A stretch of DNA of 64,000 bases from Amphiscolops sp. MND2022. Lineage: Eukaryota. The position numbers and the translations under genes are program-made. Under the pieces are notes generated by a model, which saw only the letters and a program-made list of their open reading frames with translations, did not search any database and was not told the origin of the DNA. The stretch lies in contig OZ076409.1 of NCBI GenBank assembly GCA_964187785.1, positions 31,620,001 through 31,684,000 of the forward strand, written 5' to 3'. This document shows, piece after piece, positions 1 to 13,345 of the stretch (position 1 is the first letter of the stretch; the number at the start of each line of letters is the position of its first letter).

Positions 1-3000
1 AAAGCCTAAATTAAGTATTGAAGAAAAAAATCCAAAAAACTGGTACACCAGGGAAGACTATGACAAGGGACCACAGAAATTCCAGAATGTCATTACATTG
101 AAAACAACTATTGAGTCACTGGACGAAGTGATGCTGTGTTGCATTATGCGGATTAATTTATGAAGGGAAACAGCCCTATACAGGAAACACAAAAAGCAGA
201 TGGCGTTCAAACAATCATCTATACAAAGCTGACTCAACTAACATGGCGAAATGTTTTTATTGGTAGAAAACTCCTCGATTATGGATATGCATTTCAATCT
301 ACGGACGAGCAAATAGCAGACATACGGGAGCCTTCCCTTTTTTGTCTACAGCATTGGGTGTTTTCTATAGTCCGCAATGAAAATGTAAATGTAGCACCAA
401 ATGTGTCCAGTCAATTTCTACTTGAAGCAAAAATAAACGGCTTTTTTAGGGACGTTCGTTATACCAATGAAACTATTTACAAGATATTATTAGTTGAGTA
501 TGAATTACAAGGATTTACGTTGCATATATTTCAGTAGATAATTCTTTTTGTTGTCTGTACCTTGGTCATTTTTTAATTGTAGCCTATCTTTCAGGTTAAA
601 ATTTGCGTCTTCAGGAGGAAGACGTTTACTCTATCGAAAAGTATCAAATCTATATTCGAGTCTGTTTCTCTATCAATTATATGACGAATGGAGCTCTATG
701 TAGTGTTTTAAAGGTACTTTCAAGACACTTTCTTTTTGGGGACACTTCCTCTTAATGTTACAAGAGTGGCGGTGGAACGATGAATCACAATCAGATTCAG
801 TTCGACTACACAACCAGTTTTACTACTTTGCTACAGAACTGAAACACGCTTATGACTTAAGTAATCATAAAATTCATGTGTTGTCCTGTTAAGTCATCCA
901 CTTCAAGGGAAAACACCATAAGACATAGTTAGGACGTTGATTAGAATGGATTAAACTTGGTATATGCTAAAGAAACAAGGTTTCATAATACTTTAAGCGA
1001 CCTCCGCTGACAAGCAACACTTTCATCAGATCATATTCTAATAAATTCTTGTAAACACGTGGAGTTACTTTTACTAGCGCTATATCCTAAACACGCACAC
1101 GAAATACAAATGATAGCATTGACATGACAGTAAATTTGAGACTTTAAGTTTGAACGAAGTAATCTTGAGAAACAACCGCTCACTGGAAGAGAAATTGAAG
1201 TAATGCGTTTTGCTATCACAGAATACAAAGTTAATAGCTTATTGTTGTTTAATTCAAGTCAACTGATTGTTTTGACATCATGCAAATGCGATGCAATGCT
1301 TTACTTGCAGAAGTACCCTCAGTTCTCACATATCCAAAGGATCTGTGTGGATTCCGTCTGAATACAGTTTGTGCTTCTGATAAAAGTCTGATAAACTTTT
1401 CTTGGATTCTTCGTAAGTATAAACATGATTTCGCTCCGTGAACCCTCGATTGATCGATCCAATATCCGAAACGTCATGCAAAGCTTTTCTGTATTTCTGG
1501 AGAGGACTAATGACTCATTCAAAAAGTGCCTGTTTAAACCCTTACTTCGTTTTTTTCGTTTGTAAAACATAGCAACAATATTTTGCTACACAAGCTATTC
1601 ATTTCTGTTGCACGGATTGAATAATCCAGGCTCTCGTTTGTCGAGCAGAGTGTGGGCAGAGCAACATGTTCGAGGGAAGAAGTTCCTCAAACTGTCTGGC
1701 TCAAAGTTATTACGGCAGTCCTCTTGTCTGATGGCTGGCCACTCTCCGAGTTTATCTTGTCTGATGCAATCAGTAATGTCGTTCTCTGCTAAGGCTAAAT
1801 AGAGAGAGTCTGTATCCATTTCCAATTCCTCGAACTTGCTCTCGTCACGGTACTGCTTCAAGAAGTTATAATAAAGCTCCAGCATTCTGAGCTTAGCGTA
1901 TTGAAGATTGAAGAAGCCTACATTTATTGGTTCCCGATGTTTTATTTCAGCTTTGACAAGCTCCACTTCATACACTGAATCGTTGATGTACTGAAGTTGT
2001 TTGAAGAAGGTACTATTCATAGCTCGGTTAGTCTTTTTCTCATCCAAGTATTTTGTCATTTTATGCTTGCTACGATCCATGATTTGATATCCATATGAAC
2101 TCATACTCAGCAATTTCATCGTCTCAGCGACCACCGTTGAGTTCTTGTTTTGATCACCTAATCGTCGGGCCTCAGCATTTGACTTCACGAATCCTTTGAA
2201 ACATTTTTCAGGAGTGTACTCAACGAATCTGTGAACCCTTGTACACTCCAGCCCCAGCGTCCTGTAGAAATTGAAGGTCGGAGTAATAAGACTACCATTT
2301 TCCAGGTGAAAACTAGAAATCATCAATCTGCTCGGTTGTCGGAGCAGTCCTTGTTGGTCAGCATAGGATTCCATGTATTCACCGACATTGGTTTTGTTGG
2401 CAAAACAATTCTTTAAAATTGGAGAAAAATGTTGAAAATAGCTTCGAAGATGCTTGGTGACTGATAAATCACATTGAACATATCCAAATAATGAATCATT
2501 GTCGATCTTTTGCAGCACCTGCTGCTCAGACAAAGGTTTGCGAAATGGGAATTTTATCTTCAAATGTTCCTTCAAGAACTTGTCATGTCTCACCCGCTTC
2601 CGCCAAAGACATTCCCAAACCTCTACTATTTCGTATCATTTTCCGATGATAAAATTTTTCCGTTCTATGTCAAATTTCCTGCGTTCGTGCCAACGTTTCA
2701 CAATATGAGCATTCGCTTCTATCTTTACCATTTGACAATCACAACCATGATAGAAATATCCCATGGCTTCAAACACTGTTACAGAGTCCACAAATGCTAT
2801 CCACACTGAAATTGTCAATTTTGTGCTGATTTCCGGTAGTTCGAATGCTCTGAATCTTGCAATCAGGTCGAGTCTTCTGCAAATAGTCCATCACCATGTT
2901 CTCAAAGCGTCATCGCCAATTCTGAATCAGAATAAACCTATTCTTTTTAGCATCTTTTTCCCATCTGGTCTATAACCCAGTCGGCATTTCCTGACCATCT

Positions 3001-3848
3001 GGAGAAAGGATAAAAGTGACTAGCATCGATTCCAACCAGTCCTCAAAAATGGAGGAAAATGTTTGAAGTAGTTTGAAGATGCTTGGCGATTGATAAATCA
3101 CATTGAACTTATCCAAATCAAGAATCATTGTCGATCTTTTGCAGCAGCTGCTGCTCAGACAAAGGTTTGCGAAATAGGAAGTTTATCTTCAAATGTTCCT
3201 TCCAGATCTTGTCATTTCTCACCTGCTTCCACCAAAAACATTCCCAATTTCCTACTTTTCGAATCCTTTTCCGATGATAATTTTTTTCCGTTCTGCGTTA
3301 AATTTCCTGCGTTCGTGCCAACGTTTCCCAATATGAGCATTCGCTTCTTTCTTTACGATTTGACAATCACAGCCATAATAGAAACATCCCATGGCTTCAA
3401 ACACAGTGTTACAATGTCCACAAAAGCCATCCAGACTGAAATTATCTATTTTGTGCAAATTCCTGGTAGTTTGAACGCTCTGAATCTTGCAATCAGGTCG
3501 AGTATTTTGCCAATGGTCCATCACCATGTTCTCAAAGTGTCGTCGCCAACTCTGAACGAGAATAAACTTTTTAGGCATCAATTTCCCATCTGGTGTATAA
3601 CCGAGTCGGCATTTCTTGACACATGGAGAAATGATTTAAAAAGATTTCAGTATAACGAATTTTGGTCTCCCCAGCAATTGCTTTCCGTGTGAAAACAATG
3701 GAAGGTCCTCCGACCATATCTTCTCTGATTTTGTTCAAAACATCTCGATCATGTTCAGTGAATGGGTAAAGTTTTGTATTTGTCGAAGAGTGGAGACATG
3801 TTGGCTAAATTCGGAAAGTACAGCCAAGCTTCAGCTTGTCGATTCCAC
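1..3848 (-). mobile_element. Polinton/Maverick relic A, inverted (left) arm with pPolB fragments
   Basis: Reverse complement of ~6130-9725 (e.g. 1-160 pairs with ~9560-9720; 700-900 with 8810-9020; 1620-2420 with ~6930-7660). Lacks ~8370-8810. Carries an internal ~630-bp diverged direct duplication (2420-3050 / 3052-3690). Confidence 0.85.
1595..2593 (-). pseudogene. Protein-primed family-B DNA polymerase (pPolB) C-terminal half, Polinton lineage A
   Basis: FGYVQCD, HRFVEYTP, KLL..SSYG (motif B), AKLRMLELYY, MDTDS (motif C). Confidence 0.9.
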
Positions 3849-6357
3849 CGCCCATTATGAAAAGTTCAAAAATTTACTTCTTAATGGTTATACCGAAAAC
3901 GATGCCTTGCGAGAAATGAAAATTTCCTCTGCTCCTCCGACAGGAAAGGAAAACTCTTCTCATTTGCAGGCTGTTTGTGAATCCCAAAACATGGGAACGT
4001 TCAAAGATTTTTCAAGGTGGTACAAAAACAAGGATGTTGTTCCAACACCGGACGCTGTCCAAAAATGATGAAATTTCATCATGACTGTGGAATCGACTTG
4101 CTGAAGCTTGGCTGTACTCTTCCGAATTTAGCCAACATGTCTACACTCTTTGACAAATGCAAAATTTTACCCATTCACTGAACATGATCGAGATGTTTTG
4201 AACAAAATCAGAGAAGATATGGTCGGAGGACCTTCAATTGTTTTCACGGGAAGCAATTGCTGGGGAAACCAAAATTCGTTATACTGAAAACTTGTGTAAG
4301 ACTTGTTGGAATCGAAGGTCGGAGTAATAAGACTACCATTTTCCAGGTGAAAACTAGAAATCATCAATCTGCTCGGTTGTCGGAGCAGTCCTTGTTGGTC
4401 AGCATAGGATTCCATGTATTCACCGACATTGGTTTTGTTGGCAAAACAATTCTTTAAAATTGGAGAAAAATGTTGAAAATAGCTTCGAAGATGCTTGGTG
4501 ACTGATAAATCACATTGAACATATCCAAATAATGAATCATTGTCGATCTTTTGCAGCACCTGCTGCTCAGACAAAGGTTTGCGAAATGGGAATTTTATCT
4601 TCAAATGTTCCTTCAAGAACTTGTCATGTCTCACCCGCTTCCGCCAAAGACATTCCCAAACCTCTACTATTTCGTATCATTTTCCGATGATAAAATTTTT
4701 CCGTTCTATGTCAAATTTCCTGCGTTCGTGCCAACGTTTCACAATATGAGCATTCGCTTCTATCTTTACCATTTGACAATCACAACCATGATAGAAATAT
4801 CCCATGGCTTCAAACACTGTGTTACAGAGTCCACAAATGCTATCCACACTGAAATTGTCAATTTTGTGCTGATTTCCGGTAGTTCGAATGCTCTGAATCT
4901 TGCAATCAGGTCGAGTCTTCTGCAAATAGTCCATCACCATGTTCTCAAAGCGTCATCGCCAATTCTGAATCAGAATAAACCTATTCTTTTTAGCATCTTT
5001 TTCCCATCTGGTCTATAACCCAGTCGGCATTTCCTGACCATCTGGAGAAAGGATAAAAGTGACTAGCATCGATTCCAACCAGTCCTCAAAAATGGAGGAA
5101 AATGTTTGAAGTAGTTTGAAGATGCTTGGCGATTGATAAATCACATTGAACATATCCAAATCAAGAATCATTGTCGATCTTTTGCAGCAGCTGCTGCTCA
5201 GACAAAGGTTTGCGAAATGGGAAGTTTATCTTCAAATGTTCCTTCCAGATCTTGTCATTTCTCACCTGCTGCCACCAAAAACATTCCCAATTTCCTACTT
5301 TTCGAATCCTTTTCCGATGATAATTTTTTTCCGTTCTGCGTTAAATTTCCTGCGTTCGTGCCAACGTTTCCCAATATGAGCATTCGCTTCTTTCTTTACG
5401 ATTTGACAATCACAGCCATAATAGAAACATCCCATGGCTTCAAACACAGTGTTACAATGTCCACAAAAGCCATCCAGACTGAAATTATCTTTTTTGTGCA
5501 AATTCCTGGTAGTTTGAACGCTCTGAATCTTGCAATCAGGTCGAGTATTTTGCCAATGGTCCATCACCATGTTCTCAAAGCGTCGTCGCCAATTCTGAAC
5601 GAGAATAAACTTTTTAGGCATCAATTTCCCATCTGGTGTATAACCGAGTCGGCATTTCTTGACACATGGAGAAATGATTTAAAAGATTTCAGTATAACGA
5701 ATTTTGGTCTCCCCAGCAATTGCTTTCCGTGTGAAAACAATGGAAGGTCCTCCGACCATATCTTCTCTGATTTTGTTCAAAACATCTCGATCATGTTCAG
5801 TGAATGGGTAAAATTTTGTATTTGTCGAAGAGTGGGGACATGTTGGCTAAATTCGGAAAGTACAGCCAAGCTTCAGCTTGTCGATTCCACCGCCCATTAT
5901 GAAAAGTTCAAAAATTTACTTCTTAATGGTTATACCGAAAACGATGCCTTGCGAGAAATGAAAATTTCCTCTGCTCCTCCGACAGGAAAGGAAAACTCTT
6001 CTCATTTGCAGGCTGTTTGTGAATCCCAAAACATGGGAACGTTCAAAGATTTTTCAAGGTGGTACAAAAACAAGGATGTTGTTCCAACACCGGACGCTGT
6101 CCAAAAATGATGAAATTTCATCATGACTGTGGAATCGACTTGCTGAAGCTTGGCTGTACTCTTCCGAATTTAGCCAACATGTCTACACTCTTTGACAAAT
6201 GCAAAATTTTACCCATTCACTGAACATGATCGAGATGTTTTGAACAAAATCAGAGAAGATATGGTCGGAGGACCTTCAATTGTTTTCACGGGAAGCAATT
6301 GCTGGGGAAACCAAAATTCGTTATACTGAAAACTTGTGTAAGACTTGTTGGAATCGA
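2275..6357. repeat. Recent tandem duplication, two ~2041-bp units (2275-4315, 4316-6357)
   Basis: The units are near-identical by eye (few SNPs, 1-2 nt indels). The junction at 4311-4320 fuses +strand GGAATCGA with the inverted arm's GAAGGTCGG through ATyGA microhomology. Confidence 0.92.
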
Positions 6358-7960
6358 TGCTAGTCAATTTTATCCTTTCTCCATGTGTGAGGAAATGCCG
6401 ACTGGGTTTTAGACCACATGGGAAAAAGATGCTAAAAAGAAAACGTATTTAGTCATTCAGAATTGGCGATGACGCTTTGAGAAATTGGTGATGGACTATT
6501 TACAAAAGACTCGACCTGATTGCAAGATATATAGCATTCAAACTACCGGAAATCAGCACAAAATTGACAATTTCAGTGTGGATGGTTTTTGTGGACACTG
6601 TAACACTGTGTTTGAAGCCATGGGGTGTTTCTATCATTGTTGTGGTTGTCAAATGGTAAAGATAGAAGCGAATGCTCATATTTTGAAACGTTGGCACGAA
6701 CGCAGGAAATTTGACACAGAACAGAAAAATTTTATCATCGGAAAATGATACGAAACAGTAGAGGTTAGGGAGTGTCTTTGGTGGAAGCGGGTGAGAGATG
6801 ACGAGTTCTTGAAGGAACATTTGAATATAAAATTCTCATTTCGCAAACCTTTGTCTGAGCAGCAGCTACTGCAAAAGATCGACAATGGTTCATTATTTGG
6901 ATATGTTCAAGGTGATTTGCCAGTCCCCAAGCATCTTCAAAGTTACTTTCAATATTTTCTTCCAATTTTCAAGAATTGTTTTGTCAGCAAAACCGATATC
7001 GGTGAATGCATGAAATCCTATGCTGACGAACAAGGACTGCTCCGACAATCGAGCAGAATGATGATTTCTAATTTTCACCTGGAAAATGGGAGTCTCATTA
7101 CTCCGCTCTTCAATTTCTACAGGACGCTGGAGCTGGAGTGTACAAGGGTTCACAGATTCGTTGAGTACACTCCTGAAAAATGTTTCAAGGGATTCGTGAA
7201 GTCAGTTGTTGAGGCTTGACGATTAGGTGATCAAAACAAGAACTCCACGGTGGTTGCTGAGACGATGAAATTGCTGAGTATGAGTTCATGTGGACATCAA
7301 ATCATGGATCATAGCTAGCATAAGATGACATAATACTTGGATGAGAAAAAGACTAACCGAGCTATGAATAGTACCTTCTTCAAACAACTTCAGTACATCA
7401 ATGATTCAGTGTATGAAGTGGAGCTTGTTGAAGCTGAAATAGAACATCGGGAACCAATAAGGTGCAAGGAATTGGAAATATATACACTCTTTTGAGCCTT
7501 AGCAGAGAACATTACTTATTGCATCAGACAAGATAAACTTGGAGAGTGGTCAGCCATCAGAAAAGAGGACTGCCGTAATAACTTGATGGCAGACAGTTTG
7601 AGGAACTTCTTTCCTCGAACATGTTGCTCTGTCCACTCTCAGCTCGACAAAGGAGACTGGATTATTCAAGGAAGAGTTCCGTGCAGCAAATGATTAGCTT
7701 GTGTAGCAAAACATTGTTGCACAGACGAAGAAAACGAAGTTCAGCAGTAAGGGTTTGAACAAACGCTTTTTGAATGAGTCATCAGACGGTCCTCTCCAGA
7801 AAAGTTTTGAATGACGTTTCGGATATTGGCTCGATCAATCGAGGGTTCAGGGTGCGAAGTCATGTTTATGCTTACGAACAATCCAAGAAAGGTTTATCAG
7901 ACTTTAATCCGAAGTGTAAACTGCATTCAACCGGACTCCACCCAGATCCTTTGGATATGA
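5891..7960 (+). pseudogene. pPolB (lineage A), frameshifted, with a Vsr/DUF559-like insertion (VDGFCGHCNTVFEAMGCFYHC)
   Basis: Consecutive fragments: FKDFSRWY.NKDVVP, IDLLKLGCTLPNLAN, REDMVGGPSIVF, VGIDASQ(F)YP.SMC.EMPTG (motif A), FGYVQGD, HRFVEYTP, then YEQSKKGLS at the C-terminus. Multiple stops and frameshifts. Confidence 0.88.
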
Positions 7961-9724
7961 GAACCGAGAGTGCTCCTTCTGCAAGTACAGCATTGCATCG
8001 AATTTGCGTGATGTTAAAACAATCAGTTGACTTGAATTCAACAACAAGCTATTAACTTTGTATTCTGTGATAGCAAAATGTATTAGTTCTTTTTCTGTTC
8101 CAGTGGGCGGTTGTTTCTAAAGAATACTTCGTTCAACATTAAGTATCAAATTTACTGTCATGCCAATGCTATTGTTTGTGTTTCGTGTGCTTTTTAAGGA
8201 TATAACGCTAGTAAAAGTAACTCCACGTGTTTACAAGAATTTATCAGAAACTGATCTGAATGAAAGTTGCTTGTCAGCGAAGGTCGTTCAAAGAGTTAAT
8301 AAACCTTGTTTCTTTACCATATACCAAGTTTAATCCTAATCAACGTCCTAACTATGTCTTATGGTGTATTGTATTTGTTTGGTGCTTATATTGTCTGCAA
8401 TTTATTACCACCTTCGTATATTTAAGCCTCGATGTTGTTTATATTCATTTTCTTCTCGGATTTTGAGCTTGAGACGTGGGTTTTATCGGATCCGCATGCC
8501 GTATGTAAAAAAAAACATGCTCGTAATGTTTGCTGAAGTTCATGTTTTTTAATGTATCGTTCCAATTTGAGTTTATTTGTTGGTATTGTTTCTAAAACAT
8601 TTTCATTCATGTTTGTTTATAACGTCTCAATTTTCCTGTCCGAACAACTGAGTTTCATGGGTTTAAGTTGAATAACCTCGATTAGTGTCCACTTACAGTC
8701 ATCGCTGTTCGATAATCAATAATATTTCCATCCGGTTAGATAAATGTATTGAAATATGTGTTGAAATTGAACACATCTTTGATTCAATTAATTTTCAATG
8801 ATAATCTTTTTCCTTTCAAGTGGATGACTTAACAGGACAACACATGAATTTTATGATTACTCAAGTCATAAGCGTGTTCCAGTTTTGGAGCAAAGTAGTA
8901 AAACTGGTTGTGTAGTCGAACTGAATCTGATTGTGATTCATCGTTTCTTCGGCACTCTTGTAACATTAACAGGAACAGTGTCCCCGAAATGAAAGTGTCT
9001 TGGAAGTACCTTTAAAATACTACATGGAGCACCATTCATCATATAATTGATAGAGAAAGACTCGAATATAGATTTGATACTTTTCGATAGAGTAAAAAAT
9101 CTTCCTGAAGGTGCAGATTTTTCCCTGACTTTGTATTAAAGATAGGCTACAATTTAAAAATGACCAAGGTATACTCAACAAAAAGAATTATCTTCTGAAA
9201 TATATGCAACGTACGTAAATCCCTGTAATGCTTCATACTCAACTAATAAAAACTTTGCATTGGTATAACGAAGGTCCCTAGAATAGCCGTTTATTATTGC
9301 TTCATGTAGAAATTGACTGGACACATTTGGTGCTACATTTACACTTTTATTGCGGCCTATAGAAAACACCCAATGCTGTAGACGAAAATCGGAAGGTTCC
9401 CATATGTCTGATATTTGCTCATCCGTAGATTGAAATGCATATCCAAAATCGAGGAGTTTTCTATTAAAGACATTTCTCCATGTTAGTTAAGTCAGCTTTG
9501 TAAAGATAATTGTTTGAACGCCATCTGCTTTTTGTTTTCTTGCTTAGGGCTGTTTCTTCATGTTTGAATCCGCATAATGCAACATAGCATCACTTCGTCC
9601 AGTGACTCAATAGTTGTTATTAGTTTTCAATGTAATGACACTCTGGAATTTTTGCGGTCTTTTGTCATAGTCTTTCCTGGTGTACCAGTTTTTTTTCGAA
9701 TTTTTCTTCAATACTTAAGCTTTT

Positions 9725-10217
9725 CCCAACTGTGTGGAGAGATATTCAAGTTACTAAAAGTCTTGACCTTGGAATTAGTTTCTCATGGTTTTCGAATTTT
9801 TCATATCCTGACAAAATGTTCAATGGAACTTTTCCATCCATTTTTTAAATATTCGTCATGCTTGAAACACATTTCATCCATTTTTCGAATGTTTCAAACC
9901 ATTTATAAGTCTGAAATTTTTGAAATATTGCATGTGGAGATTGGGGGGGGGGGGTGGTTGTACGCACTTTTTTGGAGATTTTTTCACCGGATTTTCAAAA
10001 ATTTTCGGGATTAGGCGTGTGACTCATTTATTTCCTCGGAATTTCCGTTGGGTCGAAAAACAATTTTGGACACACCCCCTGGCTTGAGGACCCACCTCTA
10101 CATAACCAAACTTCTCGGAGGACCCAATTTCGCCTGGATCTGGATCTACGCCTTATCTCGATACATTGGGGACCTCTACCTCGCTGTCTGATCGGCTCCA
10201 CTTTTACTACTCTTACT
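9725..10217 (+). mobile_element. Probable right terminus (TIR region) of Polinton relic A
   Basis: Non-coding, GC-richer stretch with G12 run (9943-9954) and repeated GGACCC/GGACCT motifs, ending in ACTACT (10206-10211), the canonical Polinton 3' end. The partner terminus is not in the window. Confidence 0.5.
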
Positions 10218-10531
10218 CATACGATTCAAACGAAATTTTTTTTACAGTCATTCTAAACAATATCAGGGTCCTATGTGTGCAATGGCATCAAAATCGTATG
10301 ACTGTGATCTGACAATCAATGATACGTCAAGAAAGTAGTTCCACTGGTCGTGTGCGAAAGCAATATTACCTCTAATGCTTTTCTTGTTATGCCTTTGTTT
10401 GAGCGTTTTTGTGAGTCAACAGAAAATGACGCAAACCTGAACAAATGAGAGCATTAACTTGAATAGTCCCTTCTTAGGGAATTGATCAGCATTTGGTTAT
10501 GAGGGGAATGATAGTTTTTTTTTGTTTTCAG

Positions 10532-11273
10532 GCGTAGGTCACATAGTGTAGACAAAATCAACAAACTCGACGTCTCATTTTTGATAGAATCAAAGCCCTC
10601 AATTGACAGGTATCAGTATGGAAATTATCGCATGCCCAAATCTGTGAGTGGCGACGTGACTGACCAAAGACTGGCAATTCTGAAACGATTCCGCAAGCTC
10701 TTTGAGGATAAACGCATCTTGGATGTTGGATGTGGAACCGGTGACATGATTAAAGCAATGGCTTTGGAATTTAGATCTTCAAACTTCTTTGGAATTGACC
10801 GCGACTCGTCCTTGATACGATCGGCGAATAATTCAATTCGGAGAAGTGAGTTTTCACATTTGAAAATAGTTTTTCATTCGCTGAACTTTGTGCCCTCTTC
10901 CATCAAAAACAGCAGCGAGTCATCACCGAGAGTTCTTTATGATTGCGTTTTTTTGCTGTCTGTTTCCAAGTGGATTCACCTGTCTTATGGAGATGAAGGT
11001 TTGATTCAGACTTTTCATAAAGTTTATCAGCATTTGCCTAAAGGTGGAGTGTTTGTGCTCGAGCCCCAGCTTTGGCCGTCGTATAGCAGAAGCCGAAAGA
11101 TAAATGACGCAATGTTTCGCAACTTCAATTCAATAAAACTGTTACCTGAACAATTTCCTAAATTCCTTGTCAACCACTGCCATTTTTCATGCTACCACCA
11201 TATTGGAGAAGTGACTCGAAAAAGGCGTAACAAAACGTATAGACGACCCATCTTCTTATTCTACAAATTATGA
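10532..11273 (+). CDS. MEPCE: Bin3/MEPCE-family SAM-dependent RNA methylphosphate capping methyltransferase (coding exon; 5' exon not located)
   Basis: Intact ORF with YQYGNY, LDVGCGTG (SAM motif I), GIDRD, LSVSKWIHLSYGDEGL and LEPQLWPSY, all characteristic of the Bin3 domain. The frame is open back to a T-rich TTTTCAG acceptor ending at 10531. Confidence 0.9.
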
Positions 11274-11669
11274 CTAGTTTAATGTGAGTTTAATTTTTTG
11301 ATGTTTCAGAAACTTTTTACTATCAATTGATGCAATTTGCTGAACAGGTTAGAAATAAGGGTATTGAGTAACGTCTAATTCAGAAAGTATATGATTTTGT
11401 TTTTGTTATTCAGTTCATTATTTTTCCTATTCAATTGCCCAGAAACATTTTCCCGCTAGCTTTTGAGAGAAGACACAGGCTTCCCAGAATCTCCGGTCCA
11501 TAACGTGTCAGGCGGTATATTGATGTTTCGTCGGCGGCGGATGTTACATTTGCTGAAAACCAGGGTTGGCAAAAACGAAAAAACATGAAAACCATTAACG
11601 AAAAAAACGTGTTTTAAACACATGTTTATTCGATTTTTCAGTAAGTGTTTACTGATGCTTGTAAAAAAA

Positions 11670-11790
11670 GACCAAATTTGGCAACAATTCACCGAAATTG
11701 ATGTTGGTGGAACTACCTGAGCCCAGTGCAACATGTGTGGGAGGGATGTCGTGCCAGCCGGAACGGCTTTTCTCGACAATGGGCATGAGC
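11670..11790 (+). pseudogene. Possible BED zinc-finger remnant (hAT-type transposase N-terminus)
   Basis: DQIWQQFTEIDVGGTT*AQCNMCGRDV resembles the W..F......A.C..C BED pattern. Short and interrupted by a stop. Confidence 0.35.
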
Positions 11791-12707
11791 TACGGGATGC
11801 TGCGATCACGTCTTGGTGTGGACAAAGGACGAAAATTATCATTTTTATTCAAACAACTTAATAATTAATGATGATTTGGAAGAAAAATTGGAAAAAAAAT
11901 CGACAAAACATTTTTTCAAAAGTTTTTTTGGAAAAAACTTTCCCCATCTCTGCTAAAAACAATACATATATATGAGGAATATTGAATTTCGTGATTAGAA
12001 AAGTCAGATCATCCCAAGAAGCATGCATTAACCCCGTCAACCTTAGAGAACGGGTAAATCTTCAACAGATATTATTTTGTTCGCGAGTTTTTTCACTGAG
12101 CTTATCGTCTCGGGCTATTCAGAGCCAATTATCGCTGGCATCTTTCCTTGAATCGTTCCCGCGTGATTTCCAATAATTTACCGCTGATTGGGCTCGAAGG
12201 AGGCCGTAATTATTTTCCGCCCCCACAATTTATTGTGTAGGAGGAGGAAAAATATCTGTTTCTTTCCTAAGTCTGCCAAATCTCTACTCAAAATATTGCG
12301 CTATATCCGAATTTTGACTTTATATCCGTAGTAAATTGAGTTTTACTAAGGATTCGGAAAACTTTTTTCCCGACCTTTCAATGAAAATTTCAAGTTTCTC
12401 AAAAGCTGTCCATACGATTGTCATAAAATTTTGCAGTTATTCTACACCCAAAGGTACTCCATTGACCAAAATTTGGCATTTTCGAAGTTTACAACTTTCT
12501 CAAAAACTGTCCATTTCATTTGAACGGAATTTTCTACAGTAATTCTACACCATATTAGGGTCCTATGTGTGCAATGGCATCAAAATCGTATGACATATCT
12601 GAGAAAGCCAAATCTGGTCTTAAAAATGACTAAAAGTCGGCCAATTTTGGGGATTCTTTCGACTGTCTCAAACACTCTTTGCAGTGTGAAAGAACTTTCA
12701 TGGAGTC

Positions 12708-13345
12708 TTTTTACTCGGCGCATTTTCCTTCAAAGAAAAAAGCCCGACTATTACTGTGGTTAGTTTTTTTCGTCAGACAATGTATGCGTAGTGGACACTT
12801 TTTACAGAACTACTAAAGTACTGGACTGGCAAGCGGAAACGCATCTGAGTTAGTGCAGAGGGTCCCCCTTTCATTTCTTCTACTTTTAACGTAAAATACA
12901 ACCGGACAAGACTATAGGGTCCCCCTTTGAATGTTTTGGCACTGTGCGACTTTTTTCGAAATTTGCTTTTGTCTCCTAAAGGTTCCACCATGAATTTGCA
13001 GCAAACTGGAGTTTCAAAAAGCACAAAGGGTCTCCCCTTTTTAAGTTTTTCGGCACCATGAGACTGTTTCAAAATTTTTCTTCTGAAATTGGGTCTTTTC
13101 AATATATACCCACAAATATTTTTTTTCAATATCAGAAATTTTGACGAAATATCCGGAGTACAGCGCTATATCCGAATTTCTGACGTCATATCCGAACTTT
13201 ATTGCGTTTTACTAAGGAGGAGGCGGAGGCTCGGAAATAATGCACCCCCTTGGTTTTTTTCGCTCCTGTGAAATTGACGCTTTGAAGTACCTGTGCTCTT
13301 TTTGAGCCTCAAGCGGGGTGCCGATAATGCCGTTACCTGCTTTTT
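12708..13345 (+). mobile_element. HINE-A: non-autonomous Helentron-like element, degenerate copy
   Basis: 5' sub-terminal ACTCGGCGC (12713-12721) followed by AAAAAAGCCCGACTATTAC. Internal GGTCCCCCTTT...GGCACTGTG subrepeats. 3' GTGCCGATA..GCCGTTACCTGC then T-run. Confidence 0.55.

Larger units (their letters stand above)
10225..12593 (+). repeat. ~80-bp dispersed direct repeat (10225-10303 and ~12520-12593) bracketing the Bin3 exon
   Basis: Shared core AGGGTCCTATGTGTGCAATGGCATCAAAATCGTATGAC. Confidence 0.8.

Noticed and set aside
5133-6110. 325-aa + strand ORF (and 3090-3692, 4551-5018) as a real protein
   Set aside because: Mostly the antisense reading of inverted polB pieces fused at the fold-back point to a sense polB fragment.
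8050-9400. Assignment of Polinton A genes downstream of polB as ATPase or capsid
   Set aside because: My translations of this segment showed no Walker A or jelly-roll motifs I could recognise; left unassigned.
11284-11309. GTGAGT...TTTCAG mini-intron after the Bin3 stop codon
   Set aside because: Only 26 nt, far shorter than the smallest supported intron here (65 nt); no transcript evidence.
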